The position numbers and the translations under genes were made by a program. A DNA stretch of 20,525 nucleotides, from the NCBI GenBank assembly GCA_020348445.1, contig CP070751.1, positions 1,104,309 through 1,124,833 on the forward strand. Direction: 5' to 3'. Source of the stretch: Thermoplasmata archaeon. Its GTDB lineage: Archaea > Thermoplasmatota > Thermoplasmata > GCA-020350865. Under the pieces are notes generated by a model, which saw only the letters and a list, made by a program, of their open reading frames with translations, did not search any database and had not been told where the DNA came from. Shown piece after piece: positions 8,247 to 15,500 of this stretch; the stretch's first letter is position 1, and each line of letters opens with the position of its first letter.

Positions 8247-9794
8247 GTGAAAAATAGAATCGGAAAAAATAGTGCGTTCCTTCGTAAAAGTGCATTGACT
8301 CTCGCAATGCTACTAGCAGGATGGACCCTATTGGGTGGAATCGGCGGGGGAACAATGGTGACCACTGAAGAGGCTAAACTGACGGCCAGTGACGGTGCAA
8401 CCATGGACCAATATGGTGTCACAGTAGCCCTCGAGGGCGACACCGCGGTGGTAGGGGCGTGGGGAGACGACGATTTGGGCAACGAGTCCGGGGCTGCGTA
8501 TGTATATACACGCGCCGGCACCACCTGGACTGAGCAGGCGAAACTGACTGCAAGTGATGGCGGACCCGACATGGCTTTCGGGCATGCCGTATCCCTAAGC
8601 GGTGACACTCTCTTGGTCGGCTCGCCAGGAGACATTTTCGGAGCGACCTATGTTTTCGAGCGCTCTGGGACAACATGGATTGAGCAGGCGAAGATGGACA
8701 TCGGGACAGGGATCAATAGCTTTGGGTTCTCTGTTGCGCTCGATGGCGACACCGCTGTAATTGGGGATCCCATAGATTACGTGACCACAGGTCCTCATGG
8801 CCGTGTCTTTGTCTATCTAAGAAGCGGGACTACGTGGACTCAGCAGGCCATGCTCACGGCCAGTGACGGGCAGGCCGGCGACAACTTCGGAATAAAGGTC
8901 GCTCTAAGTGGAGACACCATTCTCGTTGCAGCGAATGATGTAGACGACCTGGGTTCGGATGCTGGTGCAGCGTATGTCTACGAACGGAGCGGTGGCGCCT
9001 GGACAGAGACTCAGAAACTCTATGCGGGCGATGGTGATGCCGGGGACCATTTCGGTACCGGTTTGTCCATTGATGGAGACACTGCCATCATCGGGGCGTT
9101 CTTCGATGATCCCATGGGAACACAGTCAGGATCTGCGTATGCCTTCGAACGCAGCGGAGGGGTCTGGTCCGAACAGCAAAAGCTGATGGCAAGCGATGGC
9201 GCGAACAACCACTACTTTGGTGGAAGAATAAGCTTGGAGGGTGATAGGGCTGTAATCACGTCCAATGGAGCGCCCCCCGGCGGTGCCGGGTACATATTCG
9301 AGCGCAGCGGCGGGATCTGGTCCGAACAGCAAAAGCTCACTGCAAGCGACGGTGTCCCAGGGGACTTACTTGGGTTCTCCGCGTCCTTGAGTGGGGATAC
9401 GGTCTTGCTAGGGGCTATCCGCAGCGACGGTCTAGCAACGGACTCAGGAGCTGCATATGTTTTTACCCTAACTACCACTCTGGATGCCACAATCGACATC
9501 AACCCTGATACTTTAAACCTCAAGAGCAAGGGCAAGTGGATCACAGGATATATAGAACTGCCTAATGGCTATGATGTCAATGATATCATTGTGGGAACAG
9601 TGAAGCTCAACGATGTCATACCTGCTGATTGGGGCAATGTTGAGGGCGACAGGTTGATGGTCAAGTTCGACCGCGGCGATGTCCAAGACCTGCTCGGACC
9701 TGGGACATACAATCTAAAGGTAACTGGAGAATTGACAGGCGGTATCTTTTTCGAAGGGTACAGTGACGAGATAACAGTGATTAATCCACCATGA
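8247..9794 (+). CDS. Secreted FG-GAP (integrin-alpha-like) seven-bladed propeller protein with C-terminal 'TLNLKS-G-W' domain, 515 aa
   Basis: GTG start 7 nt after GGAGGT; seven repeats of type KLTASDG..D.FG..VAL.GDT..VGA...G.AYV(F/Y); C-terminal domain from ~9486 (ATIDINPDTLNLKSKGKWITGYIELP). Confidence 0.92.
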   Translation: MKNRIGKNSAFLRKSALTLAMLLAGWTLLGGIGGGTMVTTEEAKLTASDGATMDQYGVTVALEGDTAVVGAWGDDDLGNESGAAYVYTRAGTTWTEQAKLTASDGGPDMAFGHAVSLSGDTLLVGSPGDIFGATYVFERSGTTWIEQAKMDIGTGINSFGFSVALDGDTAVIGDPIDYVTTGPHGRVFVYLRSGTTWTQQAMLTASDGQAGDNFGIKVALSGDTILVAANDVDDLGSDAGAAYVYERSGGAWTETQKLYAGDGDAGDHFGTGLSIDGDTAIIGAFFDDPMGTQSGSAYAFERSGGVWSEQQKLMASDGANNHYFGGRISLEGDRAVITSNGAPPGGAGYIFERSGGIWSEQQKLTASDGVPGDLLGFSASLSGDTVLLGAIRSDGLATDSGAAYVFTLTTTLDATIDINPDTLNLKSKGKWITGYIELPNGYDVNDIIVGTVKLNDVIPADWGNVEGDRLMVKFDRGDVQDLLGPGTYNLKVTGELTGGIFFEGYSDEITVINPP

Positions 9795-9814
9795 TCTTTA
9801 ATCTGCTCTGCACT

Positions 9815-9879
9815 GGGGGGGTGGCTCGTTTTCGGGCCTCATCTTTAAAAATCCCCCCTACAATTTTTTTATATTTTTT
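9815..9879 (+). terminator. Stem-loop plus T-rich tract after the FG-GAP gene
   Basis: GGCTCG-TTTT-CGGGCC (9823-9838) nested within G6 (9815-9820)/C6 (9853-9858), followed by T runs. Confidence 0.5.
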
Positions 9880-10005
9880 GAATCGAATAGGCTAGTAAGT
9901 AGTAGTCAGGATGCTGGCTGGGCGGGATTCCAATCTTTGGCAGGTGGGGTGTTTAAGTGCCCCAAAATAAAGGTTTTGGGCGGGTCCTGCGGGCGGAAAA
10001 AATTT

Positions 10006-10035
10006 TGGGGTTAGAGGGGTAGGACCCTTCGTAAA
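10006..10035 (+). repeat. Repeat family A copy
   Basis: TGGGGTTA-GAGGGGT-AGG-ACCCTTC-G-TAAA. Confidence 0.9.
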
Positions 10036-10041
10036 TAAGGA

Positions 10042-10257
10042 TCATTGTTTGAGAGCTTTGATTTCATTTTCCAATGTATGAATTTGATCAACCAGTTTCT
10101 TAACATGTTCGTGAACATCTTTTTCTATTTCTTGTTTGAGCTTCTTATTTTGGATCTCCAAATTATTGATCCAATCAAAGACATCTTCCATTTTTTCCTC
10201 AAGGTGTTTTATCCTCTTGGCCAATGGCTGATCCATGAGATACGCAGGTATTGCCAT
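10042..10257 (-). CDS. Small coiled-coil hypothetical protein, 71 aa
   Basis: GGGGTGA SD 5 nt before ATG 10257 (the track's GTG at 10266 lies inside the SD); TTTTAAAT at 10297-10290; heptad-like L/I pattern. Confidence 0.7.
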   Translation of the reverse strand: MAIPAYLMDQPLAKRIKHLEEKMEDVFDWINNLEIQNKKLKQEIEKDVHEHVKKLVDQIHTLENEIKALKQ

Positions 10258-10310
10258 AGCTATCACCCCAATAAAGTAATACCAATCTACATTTAAAACA
10301 TTTTTCTAAA

Positions 10311-10408
10311 CGGGGTTAGAGGGGTGGAGTCCCTCGTTAGAACGTTTATAATCAATTATTATTTTTAAATTTTATTTTCCCCTATAAAAGGGCGGAGCTC
10401 TTTGTAAA
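10311..10408 (+). repeat. Two tandem family A copies (10311-10340, 10379-10408)
   Basis: CGGGGTTA-GAGGGGT-GGA-GTCCCTC-G-TTAG and CCCCTATA-AAAGGGC-GGA-GCTCTTT-G-TAAA, starts 68 nt apart with an AT-rich linker. Confidence 0.88.
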
Positions 10409-10485
10409 ATGAAAATAAAGGTATATTTGAAAGATAAAAAAAAGAAAGAAGAAGGTTTGATGAAGTAATCTGTTTATTTCCCATG

Positions 10486-11556
10486 TTAAATCAAAGTGAC
10501 AGGTTCGCTGTAACCTTCAAATGGCGTGCCATCCGAAAGAAGTCCTGCGATTTTGAATTCCGCAGGTTTTACTGGGGGAGGACCACGCATTATGTGATCC
10601 TCCAACTCGCTGCGGTCGAATTTGAGCATCAGTTTCGTACCAGTAACTTTGCTCCAGTCAACAGGAATTGCATCTTCCATCATAATCCTGTCCGCAACGA
10701 AATCTTCGGCAGAATAGCCCTTGGGCGGTTCGATTTTGGCCATGACCCACCTACCATTGCTCTTCAGGTTCAATGTAAGCGGGGTGAAATGCCAGGGCGG
10801 GAGCGTTAGTATCGGTAATGTGGTTCCTTCGATCACAAAGGCGAAATCCAAAGGATGGCCCGCATAATCATGGTCTGAAGGATATTCCAAAGGTACCCAG
10901 CCAGTCGCAGTTTGCCTGACGGCATTGTCATTCCACTGCTGACTCGGGTCAGTGGACTTCCAACCGAACACCCCGGGCGTGGTGAGATAATGCTGAACTC
11001 CGAGCCAGTAGATGGTGTTTACATGCTGATAGTAAGCATCGGGTACGCTGATTTCGAAATTGTATTGGAAGACCATGTGATGGTCGTTTGGTGCGTAGAA
11101 TGGTGCTTCCGGATCGTACCAGCCCTCCGAGGTATTGGTAGCCACGTTTAATACTGTATATGAACCTGGTGAGAATGACATGTCCCACAGTTTTGTTCCA
11201 GGCATGCTGTAGTTGTAACCAGGCGTCCCCGGGGTATGGGGTGGAATGTCGCTCCAGATTGAAAGGATGAACATCAAGCCTGTGGGACCTGACGCGGGCA
11301 TTATATCCTTTTCAAACGAACCCCAGATGTGTATGCCGGTTATGTATCCGGTTTCCGTGCACTTAAAATCATCTGCCCTGATGGCCATAAGCGGCATCTT
11401 CACAGCCACACCGTTTGTGGATATATCAGGTGTTTGCGGCCAGTGCATCTTGTGGCCGTCCGTCGGTACCCAGTCCGCAAGGGATGATGCGGCAAATGTC
11501 ATGCTTGTTGCTGTGAACATTATACAAATCAGAGCTACCACTAATTTCTTCCTTAT
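10486..11556 (-). CDS. Secreted protein with C-terminal 'TLNLKS-G-W' domain; start probably ATA 11556 (track uses GTG 11541)
   Basis: GGAGGTGA-TACA-ATA AGG AAG AAA TTA GTG gives (M)RKKLVVALICIM. Passenger includes HKMHWPQTPD...ADDFKC; C-terminus FTPLTLNLKSNGRW...LMLKFDR...GLLSDGTPFEGYS. CDS is confident; exact start is uncertain. Confidence 0.85.
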   Translation of the reverse strand: MRKKLVVALICIMFTATSMTFAASSLADWVPTDGHKMHWPQTPDISTNGVAVKMPLMAIRADDFKCTETGYITGIHIWGSFEKDIMPASGPTGLMFILSIWSDIPPHTPGTPGYNYSMPGTKLWDMSFSPGSYTVLNVATNTSEGWYDPEAPFYAPNDHHMVFQYNFEISVPDAYYQHVNTIYWLGVQHYLTTPGVFGWKSTDPSQQWNDNAVRQTATGWVPLEYPSDHDYAGHPLDFAFVIEGTTLPILTLPPWHFTPLTLNLKSNGRWVMAKIEPPKGYSAEDFVADRIMMEDAIPVDWSKVTGTKLMLKFDRSELEDHIMRGPPPVKPAEFKIAGLLSDGTPFEGYSEPVTLI

Positions 11557-11652
11557 TGTATCACCTCCTCCCTCTCATGGGGCATATTGGTATTTTCCGG
11601 GAAAGTAGATTCATATTTCCTCCCTCCTGTCATCGCGCCCCACCTTGGCGCT
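11557..11652 (-). promoter_or_regulatory. Conserved 5' leader element (family C), copy 3
   Basis: Minus strand AGCGCCAAGGTGGGGCGCGATGACAGGAGGGAGGA (11652-11618); AAATACCAAT at 11595-11586. Confidence 0.85.
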
Positions 11653-11999
11653 CTACCCTCTTTACTTTATTTTCCTTTAAGGGGTAGAGACTTGATACAC
11701 TTATACGATTATAAAATTATGGATTAATTAAATCACAGTTTTAGGAAAATGTTGACCACCAATTGTCCATTAACTTATGTGCATTCAAAAAAGGATCAGG
11801 AAAACTCCATTTATCCTTACCCCCCCATCCCCTCCCTCTACTTCTCCCCCCTTGCCCCCATCTCTCAACCTAATCACCGAACCCCTCCCAACCGCGTTCG
11901 ATGGTAGAAAACTACGCGTGTCGGGGGCACGAAATTAGACTTAAGGGAACCGGATGAGGCAGTTATGGAGTGTGGGATCCTTGATAGATGATTTTAGGT

Positions 12000-12024
12000 T
12001 CCATCGCACGGATTTGGCATGCCA
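12000..12024 (+). repeat. Repeat family B, left arm plus core
   Basis: TCCATCGCACG-GATT-TGGCATGCCA; a further degenerate half-site ATCTCACGCATTTGGTA at 12121-12137. Confidence 0.85.
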
Positions 12025-12454
12025 CAGTGCACTTCGATCTGATGAATAAACATGCGAAGTGCACGTGTATTTAAATTATCTTAATTATATGATTTCCAAC
12101 TCGATAATTTAACCAAATCTATCTCACGCATTTGGTAGTTGATTTTGGAGTGATCCCTCGAATTTGGTATACAATCTACCACTCATATTTGGAAAAGGAT
12201 TTTTGGCCCACCTCAGGTAATTACACGGTTCTAACAAATCTCGAGTTTGATAACCAAGTTGATCTCATTCATCATTATAATGCAACAGTGGATACTTCCT
12301 TTGATATGTTCAATTAGGATGGTTTTCAACCAGAAAACAGTTATGGGCACCCAACAATGAGCACGTTGGCTGGATCGTTTTAGCCTTATCTATATAAATC
12401 TTGTCCTAATAAAAGTCGAATTTGATTTTCAGATTTGGGGACTGGCCCATCACC

Positions 12455-12464
12455 TTTTTATATA
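12455..12464 (+). promoter_or_regulatory. TATA box for the GH9 gene
   Basis: TTTTTATATA about 100 nt upstream of ATG 12561. Confidence 0.6.
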
Positions 12465-12560
12465 CTAATTATTCATAGTTTAATATTTAATTATAGTTGG
12501 TTTGACCCCTCGGGGTCAAGTTGGAGATGAAATAGTATACATCATCGTTGAGGTTTGGCT

Positions 12561-15500
12561 ATGAAGAGAGAATCGAAAAAGAAATCAAAATTATGTCCAA
12601 GAAGTATTACTTGCATAGCTGTTATTTGTCTTTTGTTTTTGTCAACACTTTCAATTTCAATAATATCCCAGGAAAAAAATCCTCTTGGAGCCAGCAAGGG
12701 TGAATCTGAACCCATGGGCGCAGATCCACCGATTAACCAGTCAGACATTGTAACAGGGGTCAGCTCTTCAAGAATTGTCCTAGATTGGGATGATGTACCT
12801 GGAGCTTCCGGCTACAATGTCTACTATGCTCCTGAACCAAGGTATTTAGATGATGATAATAATAGAAAGGCGGATGCTGCAGGAATTACTGAATCAATCC
12901 ATACGATTACCAACCTATCCCCCGCAACCAATGTATTCATTAGGGTTGAAGTTTTAGGTACGGAGGCAGAAGATCTTTATGACCATGCAAAAACACTTGG
13001 AGGGCCAAGAGCAGAGCTGGAGAGCGCTGTAAGGGAAGTTCACATGGCTGCTCCTGATATTATTGAGATCGTTTTTGCTGACTATCGAACTGTTTATGAT
13101 GGTAGTCAGTTAACTGGGAATGATGGTGCAGCTTGGCAGTCTGCAACCTGGACCATAACAAGATTGGATGGAAACCCAATCAATGTCCAGGCCGCACACA
13201 GGAAATCTATCCCAGTCTCCCAGCCAGATTGGGGATATAATACAGATACATGGGGGGATAAGGATAATGATGTCGTGGACCTGGATCACCATATATTTCT
13301 AAAGTTATATCAAAATGTTTTAACCAATCCAGATACTGACACAGCTGAGATATTGAATATCAAAACAACTGATGGTCCTACAGGAACCCTGGAGTTTAAT
13401 ATGGTCTTCAGTGATAACTATCTAGAGGGCCCAATAGATGTTAACCAGGTAGCTTATAGTCCTATGGCCACTGAAAGATATGCATACGTGCATGAATGGA
13501 TGGGTGATGGTGGACCTGTTCCAGTAACTAGCTATCAAAATTACCCAGCCTGTGTCTTATATGAACCAGCCAATATAACAGATGAAAGAGGTGTTGTGTT
13601 ATCAGGTATAAGTGTGGTAAAAAGAAGCCCTGAAAGACTGGATGCTTATGGTAAGGACGAAGCATCAGGAACTGATGTTGGTTCAATTGATATTTCTAGC
13701 TTAGGTGCTCAAGATAACCTAACCTATAGAGTAAAGATCCCTGGTGTTGGTGTTTCTTGGCCAACACAGGTAAGCAATCTAGGGTTTTTGAAAGCATTTT
13801 ATGTTACCCTAAGGGGTTTTGACGCAAACGGCTGGTATAGATCAATAGAAGAAGCGTACTGGGGACCCTACACAAGACCCATAGATGAATACTCTGATTG
13901 CGGCACAAGAAGCCATGGTTGGGCATATATCCCTCCTCCAGATTTAGAAAACTATGATTGGAACTCTGATTTTGATTTTAATGTCATGATCGATGGCAAT
14001 GGAGATCCAAAGGGAACCAAAATTCCAGTTAGAGGTGGATTTCATGATGCAGGAGACTTTGATATCAGGCCGTCACATACCATGATCCCCATAATTTTAC
14101 TTGCTGTTTATGAGCTTAACTCTAATGCATTTACTGATGGTCAATTGGATATTGAGGAAAGTGGTAATGGAATTCCCGATTTATTGGATTTAGCATTGTG
14201 GGGTTCAAGGGCATTTGAAGACATACAAAGAAGTAATGGTGGTGTAAGCATGGGTGTACAGACAGATGGACACCCACAACAGTACTTCTATGCCAATAAT
14301 GATATTTATAAAAGCCATCACCCAGGGTATCCAGGACTAAAACCTCATTGGACTTATGCGCCTTCTGCAGCAATAAGTGCAATAGCTGCTGGTTTCTTTG
14401 CAAAGGGGGCTTACTTAGTTGAACCATTTGATGCCGCCAGGGCTAGCGAATTAGAGACAAAAGCTATTGATGCTTATACCTATGCAAAGAACAATGGTGC
14501 AAGTACACATACAAAAATCTATGGTGCTGGAGAATTATGGAGATTGACCGGGGATTCTCAATATAAAGATGATTTTGAAAGTTTCTGGGATGCTGGTGCC
14601 TGGAACTATGAATCAAGTTCCTATGATAAATATAGAAGCACCAGTAATTATGTTAATGGAGATGTGGCATTACCCCAGTTTGTAGACGCTTATGTTTCTA
14701 TGCCTGGGGCCAGATCAGATATAGTTAACGCCTTTAAAGCTGATTTAATAACAATCTCAGATGAAAGGATAGCTGATACAGACAATAGGCACGGACATAG
14801 AAATAACAGACCTGTAACACATGTTGGTTATGGTCAAGGGTATGGTCTCGGTCGTTGGAGTGAAGCGACAATCAGCTTATTGAAGTTTGATGATCTAAGC
14901 ATAAGTGACAGACAAAAATATATTAACATGCTTAGTCTCAATGCTGATTTCCTTTTAGGCACTAACCCGTTAAGCCATGTTCCGATGAGTGGCCTTGGGA
15001 CCATAAACCCTATGGAGCCACTATGGCATGATGGATTGGCATTTCATAAACAGTTTGACTTACCTATTATCCCTGGATATAGCGTATTTGGTCCATTTGA
15101 TGACTTCACGGCAGATAGTTATTATGCAGAAGCTGGGGCCGGATTCTATCCAGATCATAACGATTTCCCGCTAATGAATAATTTTGCTGATGTTAGAACG
15201 TGGGTAAGAACAAGTGAGGGAACAAGCCATTACACACAAACAAGCCATGCGTTGTTTTATTGTGCTTTACTGGCTGAGGGGCTACAGGTTCCTGACTCTT
15301 GGAAGCCAGGTGGATCTAACTTCTTAAATGGGATACCAGGAACAGGTGGCGGTTCTCCTCCACCTCCTCCACCCGCTAATAAACTTCCCGTAGCCGATGC
15401 AGGGGACGATCAGAATGTCTTAGAGGACCAACCTGTTTATTTCGATGGGTCAGGCTCCTATGATCTTGACGGATTCATAGTTGATTACTCCTGGAACTTT

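Noticed and set aside
8126-9544. Antisense ORFs with repetitive Ser/Ala/Pro content
   Set aside because: Mirror of the FG-GAP repeats on the coding strand.
15349-15375. CCT/CCA microsatellite-like runs (also 5206-5226)
   Set aside because: Explained by poly-proline linkers in coding sequence.
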